From positions 14,252 to 78,251 of the forward strand of contig CAYJPV010000011.1 in assembly GCA_964372095.1 (NCBI GenBank): 64,000 nucleotides of DNA. Reading direction: 5' to 3'. Source of the DNA: an uncultured Vicinamibacterales bacterium. Lineage in GTDB: Bacteria > Acidobacteriota > Vicinamibacteria > Vicinamibacterales > JAKQTR01. The first letter of the stretch is position 1. The number at the start of each line of letters is the position of its first letter. The notes beneath the pieces were generated by a model that had not been told where the DNA came from, searched no databases, and was given only the letters and a program-made list of their open reading frames with translations. This document shows positions 27,072-35,579 of the stretch, piece after piece. Both the position numbers and the translations under genes were made by a program.

Positions 27072-27170
27072 ATGCGTATCGCCGTCGTAAAGAAAGCTGC
27101 CACCGTCCGTGCCGAATCGCTACCATATTGCCCATGGCTGGTGACAATTCCCCCGGTGCACACGAAGTAG
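27072..27170 (+). CDS. Hypothetical 32-aa peptide, candidate radical SAM substrate: MRIAVVKKAATVRAESLPYCPWLVTIPPVHTK
   Basis: AAGGAG at 27060-27065 lies 6 nt before ATG 27072. It starts 1 nt after the maturase stop. GC is locally lower. It overlaps the annotated start region of the next gene, so one of the two starts may be wrong. Confidence 0.45.
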   Translation: MRIAVVKKAATVRAESLPYCPWLVTIPPVHTK

Positions 27171-28738
27171 CGCCGAACCGATACGGTGTCGGAGCGCGGC
27201 GCTCCACACCGGCACGTGCCTGCCCCGGTGCCCGAACGCGCCGGCGGCGGCTGGTCCTCCTCCTCCACGGAACGTTCGGCGCGGTGTGCGTGCTGGCTGC
27301 GGGATGTTCACCGTCCCGGCCAGCCGCCACTCGGCACGACCCTGTCACCCTCACCATTGCCGTGCCCCTCGCCCGGGTTCCCGGCGCCGAACCTGGCATG
27401 GGGCTGCCTGGCGCGGATTTCGAACGCCTCACAACCTACGACGCGCACGGCAGGGCCGCCCCCCTGCTGGCCGAGCGGTGGGCACAGTCAGCCGACGGAC
27501 GGACGTGGCGGCTCACGCTCCGGCCTGAGGTCCGGTTCCAGGACGGCGCGATGTTGAGCAGCGCGGACGTCCGGGAGGCCATCCGCGAGGCCGCCGCCAG
27601 TCCGGTCTTCCGCGCCAGTTCCGTCTGCCTGCCCGACATCACGAACGTGACGACCGACGGCGAGCGGGACGTCGTCGTCCACCTGGCCCGCCCGTGCGCT
27701 TTCCTGCTCGACGACTTCGAGTTCAACATCTCGCACGCCGGCCCCGACGGAAAGCCGGCGGGGACCGGCCCGTTTGTCCGGACGGGCTCCACGGAGAACG
27801 AAGCCACGTTTGCGGCGTACACGCACTACCACGCCGGCAGGCCGCACGTCGATCACGTGGTCGTCCGGACGTACGACACACTCCGGGCCCCGTGGGCCGA
27901 GATGATGCGGGAACAGATTGATCTCCTCCTCGAGGTCGGCCCGGACGGATTCGAGTTCCTCCGCGATCAGTCAACCGTCGAGACTCGCGCCTACACGTCG
28001 TTCAAGCCGGTCGCCATCGTGCTGAACTCGGGCCGGACGAGTCTCCGCCGCCCGGAAGTCAGGCGGGCGCTGAGCCGCGCCGTGGATCGAGCGGAACTGG
28101 TCGAGCAGGGCCTCAAGGGGCAGGGCCTCCAGGCAGATACGCCGGTGTGGCCCTTGTTCTGGGCGGCCGAGGGCAGCCTTCCCGGGGCCGTCACTCCCTT
28201 CGATCCCGGAGGCGCCCGCGACGTCCTGTCGAAAGACGGCCGGCTGGTCGTCACGTGCCTCATTCCCGCAGGGCACTCGGTATTCGAGCGCCTGGCGCTC
28301 CTGGTGCAGCGACAGTGGCGGTCCGTCGGCGTCGACATGCGACTCGAGGAGGTCTCGGTCAACACCCTGCGCATGCGGGTCGGCACCGGCGACTTCGACG
28401 CCGCGATGATCGATCCGCTCGGTGGCCCGTACGCCTCCTATCAGTACCGGTTCTGGCATTCGCCGAATCCCGACGCGCGGTGGAACGTCTTCAACTACAG
28501 CAGTCCCGTCGTCGACGCGGCGCTCGATGCCCTCCGGGGTTCGGTCAGCGACGACGAGTTCCGCCTCGCGATGGGGCAGTTCATCGCTGCCGTGCGCGTA
28601 GACCCGCCGGCCGTCTTCCTCGTCTGGCCCACACGCGCGCAGGCCATCAGCCGCCGCTTCATCCTGCCGGACGACGCCGCGGGCACTGACGCCGTCCGCA
28701 GCGTGGCCCGGTGGCGCCTGCGCGGAGAGACCCGGTGA
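27128..28738 (+). CDS. Family-5 (peptide/nickel type) solute-binding lipoprotein
   Basis: TTG 27128 or ATG 27134. TRRRRLVLLLHGTFGAVCVLAAGCS is a twin-Arg-like signal with a lipobox. VRFQDGAMLSSADVREAI is typical of SBP family 5. The n-region is unusually long, so the start is uncertain. Confidence 0.8.
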   Translation: MPMAGDNSPGAHEVAPNRYGVGARRSTPARACPGARTRRRRLVLLLHGTFGAVCVLAAGCSPSRPAATRHDPVTLTIAVPLARVPGAEPGMGLPGADFERLTTYDAHGRAAPLLAERWAQSADGRTWRLTLRPEVRFQDGAMLSSADVREAIREAAASPVFRASSVCLPDITNVTTDGERDVVVHLARPCAFLLDDFEFNISHAGPDGKPAGTGPFVRTGSTENEATFAAYTHYHAGRPHVDHVVVRTYDTLRAPWAEMMREQIDLLLEVGPDGFEFLRDQSTVETRAYTSFKPVAIVLNSGRTSLRRPEVRRALSRAVDRAELVEQGLKGQGLQADTPVWPLFWAAEGSLPGAVTPFDPGGARDVLSKDGRLVVTCLIPAGHSVFERLALLVQRQWRSVGVDMRLEEVSVNTLRMRVGTGDFDAAMIDPLGGPYASYQYRFWHSPNPDARWNVFNYSSPVVDAALDALRGSVSDDEFRLAMGQFIAAVRVDPPAVFLVWPTRAQAISRRFILPDDAAGTDAVRSVARWRLRGETR

Positions 28739-30504
28739 GAAGCCTGCGAGTGCTGGTCGCCGTGATGCTGGCCACCGCGGCTGTCGTGCCGCTGGTGGTT
28801 TACGGGGTGGTGTCCGTTTACACGCTGCGCGTCGGCATCCGCCGGACCGTGGTGGAAGGCAACGCCAACGTCGCCCGCCAGGTTGGCGAGCAGGTCCGCC
28901 GCTACATCGCGACCAATCTCCAGATCTTCCAGGCGGTCGCCGTCGATGTCGAAGACACCGGCCTCACGGTCGATCAGCAGGACCGCATCCTGAAGGGTTT
29001 CGTGCTGCGTTTCCCTGAGTTCCGCGAACTGACCCTCTACGACGCCGACGGACGGCAACGGGCATCCAGCCGCGTGGGTGCCGCATCCGCACGCCCTGAC
29101 GCGGCGAAGACCAGGCTCGTGATGGGCGTGACCATGACGCCCGTTACGGTGGACGACGACCTGATGCCGGCCACCATCGTGACGAAGGAAATTCGCGATC
29201 AGGGTACGCTGACGGGCACGCTCGTCGGACAGTTCAGCATCGAAGAGTTGTGGCGGATGGTCGACCGGATTCATATCGGGCGGTACGGGGTCGCGCTGAT
29301 CGTGGGCGCGGGCGGCGAACTGCTGGCCCATGGCAACCCGGACGAACGTCCCCGCGTGGCGCGCAGCGAACGGCTCACCCGCCACCCGGCGGTCGTCAGG
29401 ATCCGCGAGGCAGACAGCGACGATCCCGTCGTGGTGGATGCCATCGCAGCCGACGGCAGCACCATGCTTTCGGTCGGCGCCCGCATTCCGGAACTCGACT
29501 GGATCGTGCTGGTCGAGCAGCCGTACTCGGAGGCGTTCGCCCTGGCGCGCCGCCAGGAACGGGAACTGATCGCCGTCATCAGCCTGGCGCTGCTCATCAT
29601 GATTGTCGGCGGCTTCTACTGGGCGCGGACCCTGATCACGCCCATCGAGGCGCTGACGCAGGCCACGCAGGCACTGGCCGACGGTCACCTGGAAGAGCGC
29701 GTGCAGGTGAACGCCGGCGGAGAACTCGGTCAGCTGGGAACGGCGTTCAACTCGATGGCCGACCGCCTGGTGACCTTGCAGGACGACGTGCGCAAGCAGG
29801 AACGACACGCAATGTTCGGACGTGTCGCGGCCGGCCTCGTCCACGACCTCTCGCACCCGTTCAAGAACGTGCATAACAACTGCAAGCTCATCCTGAAGAT
29901 GTACGCCGACCCCGAGTACCGGGAACTGTTCTCACGCACCGTGGAACGCGAGTTCTCGACGATACGCCGGGTCTTCGAAGACCTGCGCAACATCGCCAAG
30001 CCGATGCCCCTCGAGAAGTTCCCGCTCGATCTCAACAAGCTGGTCGGCGAGACGGCCGAGGCGATGCGGGCCAATGCCGACGTGGCGGGACTGGAGTACG
30101 CGACGAACGTCGGCGCCGCCGAGACGTACGTCGCCGGCGACATGTTCGCGATCGGGCGTGTCTGCCGGAACCTGATTATCAACGCGATCGAAGCGACACC
30201 GCCTCAGGGTCGCGTAACCGTCTCGACCGGACTGGGCCAGGGCCGGGCGCGGATCGTCGTCGCCGACACCGGCTGCGGGATTCCGCCCGAACGCCTCGAG
30301 ACGCTGTTCGAGGACTTCTCGACGACCAAGCGGCAGGGACTGGGCCTCGGACTGGCCATCTCACGGAAGATCGTCGAGCAACTGGGTGGGACGATCGCGG
30401 CGGCCAGCGCGCCCGGTACGGGCACGGTGTTCACGGTGGAGTTCCCGGCGGTGGAGCGGCCTCGAACGTCGAGGGAAATCCCGGCGGATGGAGTCGGCGC
30501 GTAA
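28735..30504 (+). CDS. Sensor histidine kinase (TM - periplasmic Cache-like domain - TM - HAMP - HisKA - HATPase)
   Basis: GTG 28735 overlaps the SBP stop (GGTGA) and is preceded by GGAGAG. HAMP ALADGHLEERV ... FNSMADRL. H-box AAGLVHDLSHPF. N box NLIINAIEAT. G boxes DTGCGIP and [13 protein letters not shown]. Confidence 0.9.
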   Translation: MRSLRVLVAVMLATAAVVPLVVYGVVSVYTLRVGIRRTVVEGNANVARQVGEQVRRYIATNLQIFQAVAVDVEDTGLTVDQQDRILKGFVLRFPEFRELTLYDADGRQRASSRVGAASARPDAAKTRLVMGVTMTPVTVDDDLMPATIVTKEIRDQGTLTGTLVGQFSIEELWRMVDRIHIGRYGVALIVGAGGELLAHGNPDERPRVARSERLTRHPAVVRIREADSDDPVVVDAIAADGSTMLSVGARIPELDWIVLVEQPYSEAFALARRQERELIAVISLALLIMIVGGFYWARTLITPIEALTQATQALADGHLEERVQVNAGGELGQLGTAFNSMADRLVTLQDDVRKQERHAMFGRVAAGLVHDLSHPFKNVHNNCKLILKMYADPEYRELFSRTVEREFSTIRRVFEDLRNIAKPMPLEKFPLDLNKLVGETAEAMRANADVAGLEYATNVGAAETYVAGDMFAIGRVCRNLIINAIEATPPQGRVTVSTGLGQGRARIVVADTGCGIPPERLETLFEDFSTTKRQGLGLGLAISRKIVEQLGGTIAAASAPGTGTVFTVEFPAVERPRTSREIPADGVGA

Positions 30505-30508
30505 CGAA

Positions 30509-30549
30509 GCCGGTGGCGCGCCACGGACAAACGGGGCGCCGCCACCGGC
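30509..30549. terminator. Strong GC hairpin between convergent genes
   Basis: gccggtggcgcgcc / ggcgccgccaccggc. ~14-bp stem with one bulge and a 12-nt loop. No U-tract. Confidence 0.45.
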
Positions 30550-30586
30550 CTTCGCGGGTGTATCAGGTTGCCGAAGCCGGCCCTGG

Positions 30587-30886
30587 CTACTTGCGCGGCA
30601 GGACCGTGTCCTTCAACTGCTTGGCGATGCGCGCTTTCACGACGGTCTTGGCCGGGATCTTGATCGGCTCACCGGTCGCAGGATTCCGGCCCATCCGGGC
30701 CTTGCGCTTCTGCACCACCAGCTTGACCATCCCGGGCAGGCTGAATTCGCCCGACCGCTTCAGTTCCTTCTCCGCGAGCATCGTCAGCTCGTCGAAGATC
30801 TCGCGGGCCTGCGCGCGCTTCATCTCGAAGCGGGTCGCGAAGTGCGCGAAGAGTTCCGACTTGCCCATCCTCCGGGCCTCTGCCAT
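30587..30886 (-). CDS. HU/IHF-family DNA-binding protein
   Basis: ATG 30886 is preceded by GAGGAG. KSELFAHFATRF ... GRNPATGEPIKIPAKTVVKARIAKQLKD. Confidence 0.9.
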   Translation of the reverse strand: MAEARRMGKSELFAHFATRFEMKRAQAREIFDELTMLAEKELKRSGEFSLPGMVKLVVQKRKARMGRNPATGEPIKIPAKTVVKARIAKQLKDTVLPRK

Positions 30887-31064
30887 GGGTTTTCTCCTCA
30901 ACAACACGCGCATGATCAAAAACCGCAAGCCAGCCGTGCGCGGGCGGCAGACCTCGGATTCAAGGCGGTAGGACGAGAATGCTAACGCGGCATCCAACGT
31001 GTGTCAATTACCCTTGCACACAGGTTTCATCGGTTTTTCGGCCATAAATGCTAACATTTGACCG

Positions 31065-31412
31065 ATGTCAAGTGCCAAGATTGAAACATTCGCCAACCCG
31101 CGCCCCTCGCGCGACTATGAGATCGTCATCAACGCGCCCGAGTTCACCTCGGTGTGTCCCATGACCGGGCTCCCCGACTTCGGGGAGATACGGATTTCGT
31201 ACGTCCCGGATCAACTCTGTCTCGAGCTCAAAGCCCTCAAGTACTACCTGCTCGAGTACCGCAACCAGGGCATCTTCTACGAAGCGGCAACCAATCAGAT
31301 TCTCGACGACCTCGCCGCCGCCTGCCAGCCCCGCCGCATGACCGTTACGGGCATCTTCACCGCCCGCGGCGGCATCAGCACGACGGTGACGGCGCACTAC
31401 GCTGGGGGTTAG
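31065..31412 (+). CDS. queF: NADPH-dependent 7-cyano-7-deazaguanine reductase (type I QueF)
   Basis: 115 aa. EFTSVCPMTGLPDFGEIRISYVP and LELKALKYYLLEYRNQGIFYE. Confidence 0.95.
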   Translation: MSSAKIETFANPRPSRDYEIVINAPEFTSVCPMTGLPDFGEIRISYVPDQLCLELKALKYYLLEYRNQGIFYEAATNQILDDLAAACQPRRMTVTGIFTARGGISTTVTAHYAGG

Positions 31413-31422
31413 GGGTTGGGGG
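31404..31422. repeat. Short heptamer array (GGGGTTA)n
   Basis: gggggttaggggttggggg. It supplies the queF TAG stop. Confidence 0.8.
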
Positions 31423-31437
31423 CACTGCCTCCTGAAC

Positions 31438-31490
31438 GTAGCCCCGGACCTTTAGGTCCGGGGACCCCGGGGCTGAAGCCCCGGGGCTAC
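31438..31490. repeat. Two adjacent REP-like palindromes (type A and type B)
   Basis: gtagccccggacctttaggtccgggg + accccggggctgaagccccggggctac. Confidence 0.9.
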
Positions 31491-31511
31491 GAAACGAACG
31501 ATGCCGAACCC

Positions 31512-34097
31512 ATGCCAACTGTGAAGCGCACTCTTGCCGTCGTTGCTGTGGTGGCTCTGGTCTGGGGCGCCTCGCCCGCTGCGGCGCAGGTGCCGACGCC
31601 GGAGAGCTTCTTCGGATTCCGGATGGGCGCCGACGGCAAACTCGCCGACTGGCCGGCCATCGAGAAGTACTTCGCCGCCGTCGACACCGCGTCCGATCGC
31701 GTGCAACTGGTCGACGCGGGACCCACGACTGAAGGCCGGCGGATGATTGCCGCCATCATCAGTGCGCCCGAGAACATCAGGAACCTCGAGACGCTGCAGA
31801 TCGACAACCGGCTGCTCGCCGATCCCCGCCGGCTGGCCAACGACCGTGAAGCACTGGCCATCCGCACGGGCGCACGGGCCGTCGTCGCCATCGGCGCCAG
31901 CATCCACGCGAGCGAAGTCGGCGCGACGCAGGCGGCCAACGAACTCCTCTACGACCTGGCCACGTCCAACGATCCCGAGACGGAACTCACGCTGAAGAAC
32001 CTCATCGTGATCCTGTTTCCGTCCCTGAATCCGGACGGCCACGTGATGGTGGTCGACTGGTACCGCAAGTCGGTGGGCACGCCGCTCGAAGGCGGGCCGA
32101 TGCCGTGGATGTACCACAAGTACGCCGGCCACGACATCAACCGCGACGCCTTCATGCTGAACATGCAGGAGAACCGGACGCTCGCCCGCTTCTTCTCGCG
32201 GGAGTGGCATCCCCAGGTGTTCCTCGCCATGCACCAGATGGGGACGAACGGTCCCCGGTTCTTCGTGCCGCCGAACGTCGGTCCGATTGATCCCAACCAG
32301 GACCCGCTCATCTGGCGGACGGCCGGTCTGCTCGGCGGCGCGATGGCGCTGGCACTCGAGAGCCGCAACAAACCCGGCGTGATTTCAAACGCGATGTACG
32401 ACTACTTCTGGCCCGGGTACGAAGACTCCGCCCCCCTGGGCCGCAATACCGTGTGCGTGCTCACCGAAGTCGCGTCGGCGCGCCTGGCCAGCCCCGTCGA
32501 GATCGCGCCGAAGGACCTGCGCGGCACACCTCGCGGCCTGCCGGAATACCGCGCCGAGATCAACTTCCCCAATCCATGGCCGGGCGGCGCCTGGCACCTG
32601 CGCGACATCGTCGACTACAACCTGATCGCCATGCGCGGCCTGCTCGGCGCCTCCGCCAGGTACCGTGACGAGTTGCTGCAGAACTTCTACACCATGGGCC
32701 GCCGCGCCATCGCGCGAGGCACAGACGAAGGTCCCTTCGCCTGGGTCATTCCGCCCGACCAGCACGACATGGCCGCAGCAGCCAAGCTGGTCTCGCTGCT
32801 CGCCGAAGGCGGCGTCGAGGTCCTGCAGGCGCAAGAGCCCTTCAAGGCCGGCAAGACCGTTTACGATGCCGGCACGGTCATCGTGCCGATGGCCCAGCCC
32901 TTCCGGGCGTACGCCAAGAGCCTGCTCGAGGTGCAGCGTTACCCCGGCAGCAGGAATGCGGCCGGCGGAACCGATCGGCCGTACGATGTGACCGGCTGGA
33001 CGCTGCCGCTCCAGATGGGCGTCACCGCGGAGCGGATCGAAACGCCGGTCGATCTGCCCGTGACGGCACGCATCGACCGGCTGGCGGCCCCGCCTCGTTT
33101 CCTCGTCGGGCACGCGAACCCCGATGTCTACCTGATCGACGGACGGGGCAACCTCGGGGCTCTGGCCGCGAACCGCCTGCGTACCGGCGGAGCCAGGCCC
33201 GAATGGACCGTCACGACGATCACGGCCGACGGCGTCTCCTACCCGCCAGGGACCATTGCCGTGCGGGCAAACCCGTCGAGCCGGAAGCTGGTGGAGTCGC
33301 TGGTCCGTCAATTGGGCGTGCGCGCCACCGGGACGCGAACGCGGGTGTCGGCAACACAGCCGATCCCTGCCGCGCGCATCGGGCTGTACCGGCCCTGGAA
33401 CGAAGCCATCGACGAAGGCTGGACCCGCTGGCTCCTCGAGCAGTACGAGTTCCCCTTCACCACCGTGCGTGATACCGACATGCGCCGGGGCAACCTCAAC
33501 ACGCACTACGACGTGATCATCCTTCCGTCGATCGCGCCCCAGCGTCTCATCGACGGCAACCGGGCGGGTTCGGTGCCGGACGAGTACGCCGGCGGACTCG
33601 GCCCGGCTGGCACAGCGGCCATCAAGGCGTTCGTCGAGGCCGGCGGCACCCTCGTGACGCTTGACGCGTCGTCGCAGCTCGCCATCGATACGCTTGGCCT
33701 GCCCGTCACCAACCTGGTGCGGGGCCTCCCCGCCGACAAGTTCTTCTGTCCAGGCTCACTTGTCCGGCTCGACGTCGAGCGCTCGCACCCCCTGGGCTTC
33801 GGGATGGCCGCCGACACGGCGGCATTCTTCGCCTTCAGCAGCGCCTGGGATGTCACCAAAGCCCCCGGCGCCCGTGTGGCGGCACGATACGGCCGGGAAG
33901 GCCTGCTCCTGAGCGGCTGGCTCGAAGGCGAACAGGTGATCGCCGGCCAGCCCGCCGTCGTCGAGGTCCCGGCTGGCGCGGGACGAGTCGTACTCATCGG
34001 GTTCCGGGCCCAGCATCGCGGCCAGGCCCATGCCACCTTCCGGTTGCTGTTCAACAGCCTCCTGACGAATCGCCCCGGTGGCGCCAACGGCCGATAG
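31512..34097 (+). CDS. Secreted M14-family metallocarboxypeptidase-like protein (large, multidomain)
   Basis: ATG 31512 gives MPTVKRTLAVVAVVALVWGASPAAAQ. The text SIHASEVGATQAANELLYDL ... LFPSLNPDGH matches the M14 HxxE zinc region. Confidence 0.8.
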   Translation: MPTVKRTLAVVAVVALVWGASPAAAQVPTPESFFGFRMGADGKLADWPAIEKYFAAVDTASDRVQLVDAGPTTEGRRMIAAIISAPENIRNLETLQIDNRLLADPRRLANDREALAIRTGARAVVAIGASIHASEVGATQAANELLYDLATSNDPETELTLKNLIVILFPSLNPDGHVMVVDWYRKSVGTPLEGGPMPWMYHKYAGHDINRDAFMLNMQENRTLARFFSREWHPQVFLAMHQMGTNGPRFFVPPNVGPIDPNQDPLIWRTAGLLGGAMALALESRNKPGVISNAMYDYFWPGYEDSAPLGRNTVCVLTEVASARLASPVEIAPKDLRGTPRGLPEYRAEINFPNPWPGGAWHLRDIVDYNLIAMRGLLGASARYRDELLQNFYTMGRRAIARGTDEGPFAWVIPPDQHDMAAAAKLVSLLAEGGVEVLQAQEPFKAGKTVYDAGTVIVPMAQPFRAYAKSLLEVQRYPGSRNAAGGTDRPYDVTGWTLPLQMGVTAERIETPVDLPVTARIDRLAAPPRFLVGHANPDVYLIDGRGNLGALAANRLRTGGARPEWTVTTITADGVSYPPGTIAVRANPSSRKLVESLVRQLGVRATGTRTRVSATQPIPAARIGLYRPWNEAIDEGWTRWLLEQYEFPFTTVRDTDMRRGNLNTHYDVIILPSIAPQRLIDGNRAGSVPDEYAGGLGPAGTAAIKAFVEAGGTLVTLDASSQLAIDTLGLPVTNLVRGLPADKFFCPGSLVRLDVERSHPLGFGMAADTAAFFAFSSAWDVTKAPGARVAARYGREGLLLSGWLEGEQVIAGQPAVVEVPAGAGRVVLIGFRAQHRGQAHATFRLLFNSLLTNRPGGANGR

Positions 34098-34119
34098 ACG
34101 GGCAGCCCCTCGCCGGCGA

Positions 34120-35172
34120 CTATCTCGACGCCGCCAGCACGAAGTCGGAAACGCCCGGCAGTAACCCGGCCAGCTTCCCGGCGGATTCGAGGCCGAGAAA
34201 CAGGTCGACCACCATAGGTTCGAACTGGGTGCCGGACGCGTTGCGCAGGAACGCGCGCCCGCCCTCACGGGACATGGCGCGGTGGTACGGGCGGTCCGAC
34301 AACAACGCATCCCACACGTCGACCACGGCGAACAGCCGCGCAGAGAGAGGGATGTCGGTCCCCCCGAGCCGACGGGGATAGCCCGTTCCATCCCACCGCT
34401 CGTGGTGACACCACGGGATCTCGATGGCCGGCTGCAGGAACGCGATGGGCGACAACATCTGGTAGGCGAACCCGGGGTGCTGCTCGATGATCGCCCGCTC
34501 GGCAGGATCCAGTCGCCCGGGCTTGAGCAGGACGGCATCCGGGATCCCGATCTTCCCGATGTCGTGAAGCAGCGCCCCCCGCCTCACGTGCTCCAGTTGC
34601 GCAGCGGGCATGCCCACGGCCTCCGACAGCCTCAGGGTCATCGTCGTGACGCGCTGCGTGTGGCCTTCGGTCTCGCGGTCACGAAGGTCGAGCGCCCGCA
34701 CCCAGCCCTCCAGTGTGGCTTCGTATGCGGTCGCCAGGTCTTCGCTCAACTGGGCAGCCCGACGATAACGGTTCAGGCGGAGAATGGTCCGGACACGCGC
34801 ACGCAGTTCGGTGGAGTCGATCGGCTTCGACAGAAAGTCGTCGGCGCCACTCTCCAGCCCTCGTAGTCTCGACGTCCGATCCTCGAGACTGGTCACCATC
34901 AGGACGGGGACGTCGGATACTCCCGGGGTCTTTCGAAGCAGGTCACAGACATCGAACCCGTCCAACCCCGGCATCACGACGTCGAGCAGCACGAGATCCG
35001 GGTGACGGCGCGTCGCCTCGTCGAAGCCGGTCAGGCCATTGTCGGCTTCGATGACGTCGCACCCTTCGGCCCGCAGCAGAGCGGCCACGAGAGCCCGGCC
35101 GACCGGGTCGTCGTCGACGACAAGGACCAGATTGTGGGGCGGGCTGTCGGGTGGCTGGCGGGTGGAGATCAT
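34120..35172 (-). CDS. Response regulator with HD-GYP domain (c-di-GMP phosphodiesterase type)
   Basis: VLVVDDDPVGRALV, LLDVVMPGLDG, HDIGKIGIPD, HHERWDGTGYP. The ATG overlaps the Hpt stop (ATGA). Confidence 0.9.
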   Translation of the reverse strand: MISTRQPPDSPPHNLVLVVDDDPVGRALVAALLRAEGCDVIEADNGLTGFDEATRRHPDLVLLDVVMPGLDGFDVCDLLRKTPGVSDVPVLMVTSLEDRTSRLRGLESGADDFLSKPIDSTELRARVRTILRLNRYRRAAQLSEDLATAYEATLEGWVRALDLRDRETEGHTQRVTTMTLRLSEAVGMPAAQLEHVRRGALLHDIGKIGIPDAVLLKPGRLDPAERAIIEQHPGFAYQMLSPIAFLQPAIEIPWCHHERWDGTGYPRRLGGTDIPLSARLFAVVDVWDALLSDRPYHRAMSREGGRAFLRNASGTQFEPMVVDLFLGLESAGKLAGLLPGVSDFVLAASR

Positions 35173-35561
35173 TGCCCAATCCCCGTCTCACCGCGGCTCT
35201 CGCACTCGGCCGCCAGCGTGACCAGCTCACCCTCGAGGGCCTGGAGTGCTCCGTCCAGCCTCTGACGCGCCGCCTGCGCTTCCGGCAGTCCCGCGGTGCG
35301 AGCCGTCCGTTCGAGGTCCTTCGCGGCCTGCCACGCCGCCGTCGCGGCCAGCGTTCCCAGCGAACTTGCCATGCCGTGCGCGGCGCGGGCGATGCCGTCG
35401 AGGTTGCCGGCCGCAAAGGCGCCGTCAAGGGTGTCGGACAGAGCAGTGCGCTGGCCGCCGAACAGGTTCACGAGAAGGGCGATCAACTGCCAGTCCCCGC
35501 CGACTCGCTCCAGCAAGGCGTCGACATCCAGGGTCACGTTCGGAGAGGCGATGAGGGACAT
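35169..35561 (-). CDS. Hpt (histidine phosphotransfer) domain protein
   Basis: 130 aa, four-helix type. ARAAHGMASSLGTLAA resembles the HxxKGS phospho-His site. SD AGAGGAA. Confidence 0.75.
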   Translation of the reverse strand: MSLIASPNVTLDVDALLERVGGDWQLIALLVNLFGGQRTALSDTLDGAFAAGNLDGIARAAHGMASSLGTLAATAAWQAAKDLERTARTAGLPEAQAARQRLDGALQALEGELVTLAAECESRGETGIGQ

Positions 35562-35579
35562 TTCAGATCACTGTTCCTC

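Noticed and set aside
30887-31064. Possible preQ1 riboswitch or other leader upstream of queF; 9-nt direct repeat AATGCTAAC at 30978 and 31047
   Set aside because: I could not recognise the preQ1-I/II consensus or a convincing pseudoknot. The AT-richer spacer is more simply the divergent HU/queF promoter region. The direct repeat is too short to interpret.
31404-31422. GGGGTTA / GGGGATT repeats resembling eukaryotic telomeric repeats
   Set aside because: They are short, internal, flanked by ordinary bacterial genes, and part of the wider heptamer repeat system. Nothing indicates a replicon end.
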